DNA of 64,000 nucleotides from Eledone cirrhosa (GCA_964016885.1 OZ024741.1:373178001-373242000), one strand, 5' to 3'; positions 39,788-53,459 are shown, numbered from the stretch's first letter. The notes: generated from the letters alone by a model not told the origin. Translations and numbers: made by a program.

Positions 39788-39789
<2 letters not shown>
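39302..39789. mobile_element. Long fold-back insert between (TA)n tracts, putatively Penelope-like-derived
   Basis: Arms about 39302-39475 and 39546-39711, 70-nt spacer; TA tracts at 39287-39305 and 39790-39841. Confidence 0.6.
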
Positions 39790-39847
<58 letters not shown>

Positions 39848-39910
39848 ATGTATAAATATATATATGAGTGTGTGTGCACATGTATGTCTGACTGTGATTA
39901 TCTTCCATAG

Positions 39911-40100
39911 GGCGGAGGATTGGCAGTATCGGTAGAGGGTCGGACGCCATGCTTTGACGTATAGAGTTACGGCCCTTGCTATTCTGAGTTCAAATCCCGC
40001 CGAGGTTAACTTTGCCTTTCATCCTTACGGAGTCGATAAAATAAAGTACCAGTAATACACTGGGTAATTGCTGGCCTTGTGCCAAAAGTAGAAACAATTA
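39911..40100 (+). mobile_element. SINE family A, young full-length copy
   Basis: Flanked by direct repeat ATTATCTTCCATAG (TSD); CpGs intact. Confidence 0.92.
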
Positions 40101-40244
40101 TCTTCCATAGCTTAGTGGATCAATGAAATAGGTATCAGACTTGAACAAAAATGTACTGGTGTCAATATGATCAACTAAATCAAGGCAGTCCTCTAACATG
40201 GCTGCAGTCTACTGTAAAAGAGTGCACCTTGTTAATTTCATTCA

Positions 40245-40570
40245 TTCCATTTTATGTCCGCTTTTTCCCTGCTTGCAAGGGTGGGACGGGAACTGATTCT
40301 GGCTTGATTTCTACAGCTGGATGCCCTTCCTAACACCAACCTCATTTACAGTGAGTGCTGGGTGCTTTTTTGCCGTGGCACCTCCACGACCACTTTGCAG
40401 TGGAATGATATGGACCCCGGTCCCTATCATCTCATTTCTACAGCTGAGTAAACTGGAGCAATGTGAAATAAAGTGTCTTGCTCAAGGAAACAACACATCA
40501 CCCAGTCTGAGAATTGAACTCACAACATTTCGATTGCAAGGCCAATGGTCTAACCACTAAGCCATGTGCC
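40245..40570 (-). mobile_element. Full-length composite SINE (C head plus B body/tail)
   Basis: Near-identical to 25320-25650. Confidence 0.85.
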
Positions 40571-40794
40571 TATAGTTAATAAAGTCTATTTTGGAAAAAA
40601 ATTTAGATGTTATTTTTTTATTTTTTTTTATAAATGAAATGAATGATCAAAAATTTATTTTGTAAAAATATTTAAATTAGAATAAACACTGAGGGGCTTG
40701 CAGAATGTGTAATGAAGATCTTTGACAATTAAATATGACAAATGAATAACCATCTGGTTACTAAACTAACCAAGGATTGGATTAGTTGTTGGAT

Positions 40795-41405
40795 TAATAA
40801 TGGTTTCTGATATAGGCACAAGGCCAACAATTTGGGGGGAGGGGAAAGTTGATTAAATGAACCCCGATATGTTACTAGTACTTATCAACCATGTCAAAAT
40901 AACAGGCAAAGATAACCTCGGTGGGATATGAACTCACAACATAAAGGGACGTAACTATATGCTGCAAAGCATGTTGTCCAACACTCTACCGATACTGCTA
41001 ATCTACCATCCATAAAATGATTTCTGATTTAGGCACAATGCCAACAATTTTGAGAGAAGAGAAAGCCAATTAAATCAACCCCAGTGCATTACGAGTGCAT
41101 TATTTTATCGACTCCATAAGGATAAAAGGCAAAGTTAACCCCAGCAGGATTTGAACTCAGAACATAAAAATACATAACTATATGCCACAAAGGATATTGT
41201 CCTATGTACCTAAGTAATAATTATTTCTACTTTTGGCACAAGGCCAGCAATTATCTTGGTGTATTACTGGTACTTTATTTTACTAACCTCATAAGGATGA
41301 AAGGCAAAGTTAACATTGGCGGGATTTGAACTCAGACTGCAAAGGGTCGTAACTTTATGCTGCAAAGCATGGCGTCCAACCCTCTACCGATATTGCCAAT
41401 CCCCA
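40795..41405 (-). mobile_element. Stack of three family A SINEs
   Basis: Three GCACAAGGCCA/GCACAATGCCA ... GGATTTGAACTCA units, same strand. Confidence 0.85.
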
Positions 41406-41793
41406 GCCCTAAGTAGTAATAAAAATGAAGTGAAACTCAACTGGTGTGTGTGTTTGTGTGTTTTAGAGGCAACATGACCCTCCCAGAGTAGAACCAATTA
41501 TATGTCAACAACATTTAGTACACTGCTAACAGATATGCTCACTTCAAACTCTTCACAGAACTTGTTTACATACCATTCACTCATGCGTGCCTTGCAGAGC
41601 CAATGCCAACTCTTCACTAACTATACTCCCCTCTAGTCTTCACTGAATACTAAGGAGATCAGTGATGCACCAATGATACCATTATATTGAGAGAGAGAGA
41701 GAGTGTGAGAGGAAGAGGGAGAGAGAGAGAGAAAAAGAGGAAAAAACAGAGAGAGTGTAAGAGAGAGACAGTGTGTGTATGTGTATCAGAAAG

Positions 41794-41833
<40 letters not shown>

Positions 41834-42741
41834 TAAGAATATGAGTAGGTTGTTTCTTCACCTGTCTGCTTTAAGACTAATCTTTAATGTGAAATATATT
41901 TCTCAAGAGGGTAACAGATAGCTGAAGACTGTGTAGTTAGTTTTCTCTATATTAAATCTAGTCTGTTAACATATCAATCACTGATGTTCTCCATACCATT
42001 CACTAGATCTAATTGTTTCTGGGTCATTGCTATCTCCATACACAAGTTCATCTTCAGTGCCATCTATCACTAGTTCCAATTTTTGTTTGTTAATACTTTT
42101 GGCTATTATTTCTATTTTCACAGTTGCCCATAAATAACACCTACTGAGATATTTGTGGTTTTGTAGGTCACTACAGTCATCATATTGGGGTTACTAAAAT
42201 ACTATAGCATACACCACATGTTATCTACTCTTTTCACCTAAATGGGTTCATCATTATCATAATTTAATAGCTGTTTTCTCTGTAAGAGTTTAGATGAATT
42301 ATCATAGGACAAGTCAGTAGTAAAGCTAAGGCAATGACATCTCAGATAGGCTAGGGGCCTGTATCACACTTAAATACATTCCAATGCTCTACTAAGTGCA
42401 TTTAATTATGACACCAGCATTAGTGAGGCTCAAGAGTCCTCCCAATCATTTGTTTGGCTTGTTGACTGTAAAACAATATTAAACTGCCAGGGATAATTTC
42501 TCCAGTCACAATTCCCATCACTATCATCCATCCACTTCTTGTGATGGGTGTAAACAAGAACATCTGAGAATTTTCTTGGCTATTGTTTTTCATATAAAGA
42601 TTAGTAAAGCTGATAGTTTTGTGTTGTCTACACAAGAGGCCAAAAACAACAACATTTTTACACCAAGTTGCTTTTTATAGCCACCATCTTGGAAACTTTA
42701 TTTTCAACAGTTTTTTTTATGGCTTTATTTGCTACCTTTGA

Positions 42742-42930
42742 TGGATTGGCAGTATTGGTAGAGCATCAGACACCATGCTTTGCAGCATAGAGTTATGGCC
42801 CTTTACGTTCTGAGTTCAAATCCCGCCGAGGTTAGCTTTGCCTTTCATGCTTATGGGATCGATAAAATAAAGCACCAGCAATGCACTATGGGTAATTGCT
42901 AGCCTTGAGCCAAAAGTAGAAATAATTATT
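42742..42930 (+). mobile_element. SINE family A
   Basis: Full copy; TTATTTGCTAC duplicated at the flanks. Confidence 0.88.
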
Positions 42931-43909
42931 TGCTACTTTCTTGGTGTTGATCTCAAATTTGTGAAACTCCATGATTTTTTTCTTTATACTCTTCAAGCAT
43001 TTTCAATGCATTTCCTGTCTTCATTCTCATGCAAAAGACGTTTCTTATCATGAAATGGCAGCACAAAAATAATCACCCAATAACCTAACCTGTTGGTATA
43101 TTATCTTTGTTTATAGCCAGTTTGTTATAAATTGTTTATATTTATCTAACATATAACCATCCATTATATTTGTTGGCAGTAACGGTAGAGGGTTGGATGC
43201 CATGCTTTGTAGCATAGTTACGTCCCTTTATGGTCTGAGTTATGGTGTTAGGAAGGGCTTCCAGCTGTAGAAATCAAGTCAGAATCAGTTCCCGTATGAG
43301 CAAGACAAGGTCAGCTGACTGGGCACTGCCCACAACAGGACAACCCGTCTAACTCATGCTAGCGTGGAAGAATGGATGTAAAACGGTGATGATGATGATG
43401 ATGAAACAGACCCCACTATTTTATGTCTGAGCAATGGGCAAAAATCCAAACTCCAAACCTTATTTATATAGAATTTGAAGTTGGTGAAAATCGTCAACCC
43501 CTGATATAAGCCAACCCACTTCTACCATCGAGTTTTTTGTCACATATTCATCAGCTTGTATTTGAGTATATATGGTTGTCATTTTACTAAATTCTTCTAA
43601 ACTCTTGAGTATTTATAGAATTATTTGAAAATCATAGGAAATGTTTTTCATTAGAAATATGGTAAGGAAAGGGTTGAATCCATATAATGTGTAGATTTCA
43701 CATTATATGGATTACAAAAGTCATGCAAAACATGCGACAGTAAATTTAATTAACTATTAATCAAATGTCAAGTTTATCAGTTACTCTCGTGAGAAACGTT
43801 TCACATTAAAGATTAGTCTTATATTAGACAGGTGAGGAAACCTACTCATTTTTAGTTGTGCATTTATTTGTATGTATGTAATTCTTGATGGAATTCCAGG
43901 GGCACTATT

Positions 43910-44070
43910 GTGACATATATAACATTGTCACATGTGTAACATGTTAACATATGTAACATTGTAACATATGACATATGTAACATATATAACATGTGTAATA
44001 TTGTAACATGTAACATTGAAACATGTTACATATGTAACATTGAAACATGTTACATATGTAACATTATAAC
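43910..44070. repeat. Degenerate short-period repeat of TGTAACA/ACATGT/CATATG motifs
   Basis: 24-bp duplications such as ATGTAACATTGAAACATGTTACAT. Confidence 0.8.
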
Positions 44071-44616
44071 AAACAAAGTCTTGGGCACTTTGAACCTGGT
44101 GGAGCCCATTCCCTCCCTGGGTCTGAATACAGCTGGTTTCTTTCAGCGAGAGAGATATAGAGAAAAGATGACAGGCAAAGTTGAATTTGGCTGGATTTGA
44201 ACTCAGAGATTGGAGAGAGCCAGAATGAATACTGCATAGCATTTTATCCAATGTTCTAATGACTGCTAATTCTCTGCCTGTGTATATATTTACATTTACA
44301 ACATTGTTTTACAGCAAGATTCAATGTATAGTTAAATAAAGACTTAATCAACTTATTTGCTCTATAGTATTTTATACCCCAAATATTGAAGACAAAATGA
44401 CTTGTGTCATTTATTATATGGCTTGAATGAGAAATGTATTGCCCCATTCGAAATCAACCCATCCAAAATTGTTTCTGTCTCTATGGAACAAAACCATCCA
44501 TTTTAAAGTATTCCTAATTGAATTAGAATCTTAATTTTATATAAGAACATTTTGTTATGCTACAAATACCAGCTTAAAGAAAATATGATTTTAGTAAATC
44601 CTCTAATTTTTCATTA

Positions 44617-46710
44617 AATAATTGTTTCTACTTTAGGCACAAGGCCAGCAATTACCCAATACATTACTGGTACTTTATTTTATTGACCCCGTAAGGATGA
44701 AAGGCAAAGTTAACCTTGGCGGGATTTGAACTCAGACTGTAAAGGGACGTAACTATGCTAGAAAGCATGGCGTCCAACCCTCTACCGATACTGCCAATTA
44801 AATAATGGTTTCTGATTTAGGTCCAAGGAAAACAATTTTGGGAGAAAAGAAAATCGATTGAATTGAGCACAGTGCATTACTGGGACGTAACTCTATGCCA
44901 CAAAGTATGTTATCTGATGCTCTTCTAATACTGCCAGTCCATCACCCTCATTCTTCTTTATAGTAATGGTTTCTGATTTAGCCACATGGCCAACAATTTT
45001 TGGGGGAAGAGAAAGTACTTTATTTTATTGACCCCGTAAAGATGAATGGCAAAGTTCACCTTGGCAGGATTTGAAAGCAGAACCTAAAAAGATATAACTA
45101 TATGCCATAAAGCATGTTGTCTGATGCTCTACCGATACTGCCAATCTCTCCCTTGTATTACAGTAATAATTGTTTCTACTTTTGGCACAAGGCCAGCTAT
45201 TACCCCAGTGTATTACTGGTACTTTATTTTATCGACCCCGAAAGGATGAAAGGCAAGTTAACCTCGGCGGGATTTGAACTCAGAATGGCAAGGGCTGTAA
45301 CTCTATGCATCAAAGCATGGCATCTGACCCTATACCGATACTGCGAATCCACGGCTTCTGATTTAGGCAGGAGGCCAACAATTTTGGGGAAAGCGAAGTT
45401 GATTTAATCAGCCATGGTGTGTTATTGGTGCTTTATTTTATCGACCCCATAAGGATGAAAGGCAAAGTTAACCATGGCAGGATTTGAACTCAGAATGTAA
45501 AAGAACATAACTATGCATTGGACAAAGCACATCTCTAAAATTGTCAAGAAGACTGAGGGTGTCTTGGCATCACTCAGCAAGACCTTTGTCAGCCGCTCTC
45601 CAGCTTTCTATTTAAAGCTGTATATAACTATGGTGCGGCCACACTTAGAATTTGCATCACCAGTCTGGAACCCTTATCTTGCTCAGAACATTGACCTCCT
45701 GGAAACTGTTCAGAGATGTGCAACCAAGCGAATACCCTTCATCAGACATCTACCATACTCTGAACACCTTGCTTCCCTGGGCATGGATACATTAAAGATC
45801 CGGCATCTGGCAACTAACTTGGTAAACACTCACAAAATTATTATCCATCTTGCCAACAACAACCCTGAGCACCTTTTTGAATTCCATGTGTCTAACACAC
45901 ATGGGCATTCCTAGAAAGTCAGAAAACAGTACAGCTCCCACGACTTTCAGAAACATTTTTTCACACTCAGAGTTGCTGAAGCATGGAACAAACTACCTGC
46001 ATCAGTTGTTAGCTGCCAAGACACTGCATCCTTTAAAACCTCCATGCTTCCTGAAATTCGCCAACACTACCCCTGATATGCCCCCTCCATACACTCGCAC
46101 ACATGTATATCGTGACTCATACACGGTTTACTTTCCTGGCATTTGTTATTCTATGTACTATACATGCACCCTTAATGAGTTGTAGTGCACCTGAGCACTG
46201 TACATAATAATTTCATTATTATTATTTTATATGCTACAAAGCATGTTGTCCAATGCTCTACCTATACTGCCAATCCACCACCCTTAATAATAATTGTTTC
46301 TACTTTTGGCACAAGGCCAGCACTTATCCCAGTTCATTACTGGTACTTTATTTTATCGACCCCGTAAGGATGAAAGGCAAAGTTAACCGGCGGGATTTGA
46401 ACTCAGACCATAAAGGGACGTAACTCTATACTGCAAAGCATGGCGTCCGACCTTCTACCGATACTGCCAATCCTCCACTCTTAATAATAATGGTTTTTGA
46501 TTTAGGCCCAAGGTCTACAATTTTGGGGGGAGGGGAAAGTCGATTAAATCGACTCCAGTGCGATATTGATGCTTTATTTTATTGACCCTGTGAGGACAAA
46601 GATCAAAATTAACCTCAGTAGGATTTGAATGCAGAATGTAAAGGGATGTAACTCTATCTCTATGCCACAAAGAATATCCAATGCTCTACCAGTACTGTGG
46701 ATCCACCCCC
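44617..46710 (-). mobile_element. Stack of about seven family A SINEs, one interrupted by a CR1-type LINE
   Basis: Successive reverse-complement copies at about 44617, 44800, 44963, 45165, 45352 (resumes 46229), 46285, 46485. Confidence 0.85.
45516..46228 (+). mobile_element. CR1-type LINE 3' fragment (RT thumb region plus 3' UTR)
   Basis: LYITMVRPHLEFASPVWNPY..IDLLETVQRCATKRIP..L.Y.E.L..L; after an internal stop, FRNIF/RVAEAWNKLP; tail CATTATTATTATT. Confidence 0.9.
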
Positions 46711-47326
46711 ATTTAATTAATTTATGAAAATACAAAGTATTTCATTAGAAATGCAGTAATGAAAGGGTTAACTTGTAGGTAAAACGCTACTAGACTAGAT
46801 AAACTAGAATCTATTTTGCAACACAGTAGCAATAGCATAACTACAGGGAGAAGGGGTTATCTGCCCCAGGCCACACATTTCTGTGGGATGTCGTTTGATG
46901 TGTATTGTGTGGTGATTTTTCATAGGAGGGAAGAGTGTGTTGCAATGTCAAGGTCTGTCCCAGAAACACATACTTTAGCCATGCCACAGATGGACAGTAA
47001 GTATTATTGAAAAAAAAGGTAAGCAATATTAAAAAATCTTACCTTCAAAAGTAACACAATATGTTTTATCTGATTGCATCTAATATAATTATAATTATAT
47101 GTGCCAAACATTAGACAAATTCATATGTGGACTATTAATTTATCTCAGCATCTCATAATTAATCTAGTGTGACAGGTTTAAGAAATTTATGTCTTGTGAT
47201 GTTAAAGATCAGACATCTAGCTTTGATAAATGAAGAATCTTCATCTTCAAAAAATAATTAGTGTGTATATATATATATATCATCATCATCATTTAACGTC
47301 TATCTTCCATCCTAGCATGGGTTTAG

Positions 47327-47478
<152 letters not shown>

Positions 47479-47671
47479 TAATTTGATTTGTGTTGCCAGG
47501 ATGCAACTACAATTTTGATGTAAAACTTGAAATAAAATTTTATATATATATATTCTATACTATATATATGTATATGATTCAGTGATTTACTGGGGGTGGT
47601 ACCAATATGAGTACTTGATGCAGCTCGATAACCAATAGAAACATGTAAACGAAACTTCATTTTTTTTTTTG

Positions 47672-47940
47672 TATATATATATATATACACACACACACAT
47701 ATATATATACACACACATATATATACACATATATACACACATATATATATATACACACACACATATATATACACACACACACATATATACACACACACAC
47801 ACATATATATATACACACACATATATACACACATATATACACACATATATATATACACACACACATATATATACACACACACACATATATATACACACAC
47901 ACACACATATACTCACACACACACACATATATATATATAA
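47672..47940. repeat. Compound (TA)n(CA)n microsatellite
   Basis: Direct reading. Confidence 0.97.
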
Positions 47941-48455
47941 GTATATATTTATATCCCAGAGACATGACATATCTAGAATAATAATGAACAGAAATTTTAG
48001 TAGTTTACTACAATAAATTAACAATTATTTTTAAATTGATCTAATATAAATCCCTGTTATTAACAACAGACTGTCCTAACTATATTCCTAACAAGCAAAT
48101 ACCATACATAATCAATCATTCATCATTAAAATGATATCACTCTGACATTTCTTTCAATTTTTCCTATTATTATTAATTATCAATAACTTAAATATCAGTT
48201 AAACGATTGAGTAAAACAACTCTCAAACTTCCTCCCCATCTCTCTATGTTGGGGAAGTCATCTCACATATCCATACTATGAAATATTATAATTCTATTTG
48301 TAAAGATTTTTTTTTCTTTTAAAGATAAATGACAAAAAATTTAGACATAAAATATCAAATTTATCTGATCAATTTCAAAATTTTCTTTTAATCTATAAAG
48401 AAAGTTTGAATTAAGTCAAATACTTTAATGAAATTAAAACATAATAATAAATTAC

Positions 48456-48616
48456 CTGTTGGCCAATTCTAGTCTTAACTGTTGTGTCCTGCTTGTATGA
48501 CGTACTACAGATCCTTTGACAGAGTGGCCACTCTGCATTTCAACAACAGAATTTGAAAGAGAGCGATGAATGTACATGATGCCATGATTTGTTGATGTAG
48601 ATAGATATTGTGCCAT
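48456..48616 (-). CDS. Candidate first coding exon of an unidentified host gene (MAQYLSTSTNHGIMYIHRSLSNSVVEMQSGHSVKGSVVRHTSRTQQLRLELAN, phase 2)
   Basis: AAAATGG start context, 53 open codons with higher GC than the flanks, ends at CAG|GTAAT donor; lies in ~1.6 kb lacking recognisable repeats; possible acceptor TTCCTTCATTTCCAG at 49360. Confidence 0.5.
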
Positions 48617-50693
48617 TTTACTCCAAGACAGATTATATATTTGAAGAAATTAACCAATTTGTTCCATTAATAAACGGTGTTGTTCTATAATAACAGAATA
48701 CCATCCAAGTGACACTTGTTGGGATCTTGAAGTGACATTGTTTTTGATCTTTTGAATATATATTTTTTTAATCAAAAGAAAATATATTGAAATGCCTAGA
48801 ATATTTTAACTTTTATATTCTCATTATAATATATACTTTAGCAATATACATATATATATATATATAATAATTATAATTTTCTGTTCCTATAGGAATTGAA
48901 TTTGTTTCTGTGATAGTGCTGTGAAATTAAAAATTAAATAAGACCATAAATCTGAAGTGTTATTATTTTCAGAGTTTTGTTATTGTTGCTGCTGTTGTTT
49001 TTCAAAATTCATTTATTCATTTCTGTTGTTGATGTTGTTGTCTTTTTTATAGATTTTTATTTGAAATAGATATTTATAATTTAAACTTTTCTTTTCATTT
49101 TACATTTTCAGCCTTTTCCAAAAGTGTCTGGTGTAAACGTTTTTCAAATGTGTATGAGTTTTCAACTTTAATCCAAAGTGTACGTTATCTCACTAAGCTT
49201 TCAATTATGCTAAATATCATTTCCTACTTGAAGAAAAATTTTCCTAGATATAAATCAATTCTATGATTACTTGTCAAGTAATTCTTGGCTCCTCTGTCTC
49301 ATCTTCTTTAAATGTCATATCCTGTAATTAGATTCGGGATAACCTTTTGTTTCAACAACCTGGAAATGAAGGAAATAGTTTCTTTTTGTGTTTTCTATTT
49401 TTCTTTTCCTTTTTTGTTTTAAAGAAGAAAATAGATAATATTTTTCACCAGCAACACTTGTAAACCAATCTTCAACACTTATTGTTTTGTAAACAGACAG
49501 CAGGATCTCAACTTATGATTTATATGTCAATACAATCATGAAAAATTGTAATCTTTTTTATAAAGGAAAATTAGAAAAGAAATATCTGTCAACCCGAACT
49601 AAATACTAACACATAGTATAGTATAGTATAGTTTAGTATGTATAGTATAAGATAGTATATTGTAGTATAGTATAGTATGTATGTATATGCATGTATATGT
49701 GTGTGTATGTATATATATATATACAAATAGATATACAAATATATATATATACAAATATGTGTGTATGTATGTGTGTATGTATATATATATACAAATAGAT
49801 AGATAGATAGATGTCACCTCATGTATCCCTGACTGAGAGGTAGAAAGTTCTAAGGTAGATAGAAAGAAGTAAAGGCTTGCTCTGTAGGTAAGCTACAGAT
49901 TTCATCCAACCACAGATAAGACAGCTGCATGGCAGTAGGATACAATCACGAAGTTGCTTTCAAGTACTGTTTGTTTTTATGTTACTCACACTATATAGAC
50001 TTTCTATTAATAAACAGTGCAGTATACTACTTCTGTGAATGTTTATTACGATCTGTACCAGCTCTATTCACATCCTTTGTCCTCATCCTCATACAACACT
50101 GACATTCTTTCTATTCAGAGAGTTTATGGAATAAATGTTATTTCATTTCATTTTTAATCAGTTTCCTGCTTTTTATTCACAAAAAAATTCCATCATTTCT
50201 GATGGATTTCAAGAAATATGTATATAAATACTTTCCTAGTAACTCTTATACCCATGTTTTACTTGCTTATTCAGCATATTTATGTTCTTCAAATTAACGC
50301 TTCCTGACTGGATGACCATCCTGTTATCCTGTTATCTAATATTAAACTGTTACATATCTTTCAACATATGTTATTGAGACATCAGCAACAATAATAATAA
50401 CAATGATAATGGTGGTGGTGGTGGTGGTGATGATTGTTTCTACTTTCGGTACAAGGCGAGCATTTATGCCAGTGTATTACTGGTACTTTATTTTATCGAC
50501 CCCATAAGGATGAAAGGCAAAGTGAACCTCAGCGGGATTTGAACTCATGCTGCAAAGCATAGCGTCCGACCTTCTTCCGATACTGCCAATCCCTGCCAAT
50601 GATGATAATAATGATGACGATGATAATAATAATGATGATGATGATGATAAAGCATAGTTAATATGAAGCATTGTGTGATATGTAATAAAAGAC

Positions 50694-50965
50694 TGATAAG
50701 TTTCAGGAAGTCAGTAGAATGCAATAGAAATATATAAAGGGCAAAGGATGGCAAATAAAACAAAACAATGTAATGTTTTACCCAGTATATTTCAACTTGC
50801 TATTTCATGGTTATTACTTTACATTCTACATCTGAAAAGAGGGTAATAGCTCTGAAATATCAAGTTGGAATATATTGGGTAAAACATTACATTGTTTTGT
50901 TTTATTTGCCATCCATTGTCCTTTATATATTTTATTGCATTGTACTGGCTTTCTGAAACTCATCA
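50694..50965. mobile_element. Fold-back insert with degenerate hammerhead-like spacer
   Basis: Arms about 50694-50807 and 50853-50965; spacer contains CTGAAAAGAG-GGTAATAG-CTCTGAAA. Confidence 0.55.
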
Positions 50966-51009
50966 ATTATAATAAGACTTGAAAGATTAGTGTGGAAATT
51001 CGAACTGAG

Positions 51010-51178
51010 TAGTTGTAAGAGACCCTGCTCTTGGGAACAGCCAGAATTTTGAAAAGGGCTCTACAAATATAGTAAGGAGGGTAAACTGCTGGATCCAAGG
51101 TCTTTTGTTATGACCCATTCTTACATGTTAATTCTGATGACATAAGATCTATCTGAGGTAGTAGTAGTAGTAGCAGTA
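51010..51178 (+). mobile_element. R4/Dong-type extreme 3' fragment
   Basis: LLLGTARILKRAL matches the C-terminus at 15340-15387; (TAG)n tail. Confidence 0.55.
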
Positions 51179-51234
51179 AGGATACAACATACATAAGATA
51201 GCACTATTAGACACTACACACATATTACAATAGA

Positions 51235-51440
51235 AATAATTGTTTCTACTTTTGGCACAAGGTCAGCAAATACCCAGTGTATTACTGGTACTTTATTTTA
51301 TCGACCCCCGTAAGGATGAAAGGCAAAGTTAAAGGCAAAGTTAACCTCAGCGGGATTTGAACTCAGAATGGCAAGGGCTGTAACTCTATGCATCAAAGCA
51401 TGGCGTCCGACCCTCTACCGATACTGCCAATCCACCACCC
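51235..51440 (-). mobile_element. SINE family A
   Basis: Full copy with an internal 12-bp duplication AAAGGCAAAGTT; TAGAAATAAT flanking duplication. Confidence 0.88.
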
Positions 51441-53459
51441 TACATTAGAAATAATACTACCAAAAACATCATCACTCATATTTAAGGCACACAGAGCTGT
51501 GCTCAGTAATGCAGTGACAATACACAAGGAAAATAAGACTGATGATGATGATGATGATGATTCTAACATTGGGACAAGGTCAGCAATTTGGAGGAAGAGG
51601 AAAGTCGATGATATCAACCCCAGTACTAGGCTGTACTTTTTGTTGACCTTGGAAAGATGAAAAGCACAAATGCTTCCAGCAGTCTGAAAGATGATGTTCT
51701 TTTCTAGATTTGAAAGAAAATTACAAATTTTATTAAATAAAAATTGTAATAGTTTATCAACAGTAATTAATATAGTTTTATGATATCATAAGGAGGGTGA
51801 AAAACTGTTCAATATCAATGTTGTTGTTAGCAATGATGACCTGAGATATGTGAGCTGTATAACCTATATTATCATTATCATCATCACTGTTTAATGTCCA
51901 TTTTTCCAAGCTAGCATAGGTTATGTGAGTTGTCCTATTATAAGCCAAGCCAGATCAGATGACCATGTCTTGCTCATACTGGACTGCTTCTGGCTTGGTT
52001 TCTATGACTGGATGCCCTTCCTAATGTCAACTACTTTTACAGTGTGGACTGGGTGCTTTTTGTTGTGACATCTACACTATCCCTGTACACTGTGAACTGG
52101 GTGCTTCTTGTCATGACACATACATAACCACTTTACAGTGTGGGCTGGGAGATGGGGTGAGGGAGGTGCAAGGGCATTGGAGGAGAGGTAGATCTATATA
52201 TGCTGAGAAATAATGGTTTTATAATGATAAAAATGTATAGACATGACAGTTTAGCTATCACCCAAAACATTATGGACATGAACAAAATAGATTTAGGACA
52301 TATCTAGGAAATACTAAACTAACTGATTATTTACATCTACATAGTGATGAATTACAAATATTGCCCTAGCAAAAATATGCTTTTAAGGAAACAGTATAAC
52401 TGATACCAATAAGTGATATAAAAAACAAGCATAAAATAAATAAACTAACAAAACCTGAACAAAACATGGTTCCACACATCCTTCAACCTAAATTTAACAC
52501 CTCACAGCAAACATTTTTCTGTCTTTAATTAGGAAATATTTCTCTTTTGGTCACAAGTAATATAAGTTCTTTAATAAGAAGACTGTTAATACCAGCTATA
52601 GTTGCACTTGAAATCATCATCATTGTTGATTAACATCTATCTTCGACACTAGAATGGGTTAGCCGGGTTTGTCCCAATTAGAGGCAAGTTGGGTCAAGTG
52701 ACCATATCTCACTCATATAGGAGAGTTTCTGGCTGGTTTTCTATGGCTGGATGCCCTTCCTAACACCAACCACATTTACAGTGTGTGCTGGGTACTTTTT
52801 GTCGTGACACCTACACGATTGACACCTACACCTAAATATCAACAAAAACAACTGTGCTCCTAGAGTCACACTGAAACCAATGAAAAGCAATTGTAATAAT
52901 CCTCCACTCTGCTCATTATAAATTATAACTGGCAAAATACTTATCTTCAGTATTGCTATATTAAACCAAAGTGTTGTTAACAGATGACACTAAAATGAAT
53001 TACATAGGTTCAACAGGTGTTATCTTAAAGCAAGTTAGTCAAGCATATGCATCTTTCCAGAAAGGATTTTAAAAGAACACAACTATATTTATTGTAATAT
53101 AAGAACATAAACAATGCTAACCACTTCACACCCATTACACTTTAAGAAAAAGTTGGCATCAGCAACAACATTCTGCCATTAAAACATCATACTGAGCAAG
53201 GTACCCAGACAGATCTGGAAGGCTAATAACTCTGATTAAGAGCTGGTTTAACCCAGTACACTCCATGAAAAGGTTGGCATAAGAAAGAGCATCCTGCTAT
53301 AGAAATCATGCCAAAAACTGAAAGATTTGAGTGAGGTGTAATCCGTTGACCCATTTGGAAGGCTATTATCTCTGATTTAGTACTGGTTTGGTCTGTAACG
53401 AACCCTTGCCAGCATAGAAAAATAAACATAAATCATGATGGTAATGATATCTATATTAA

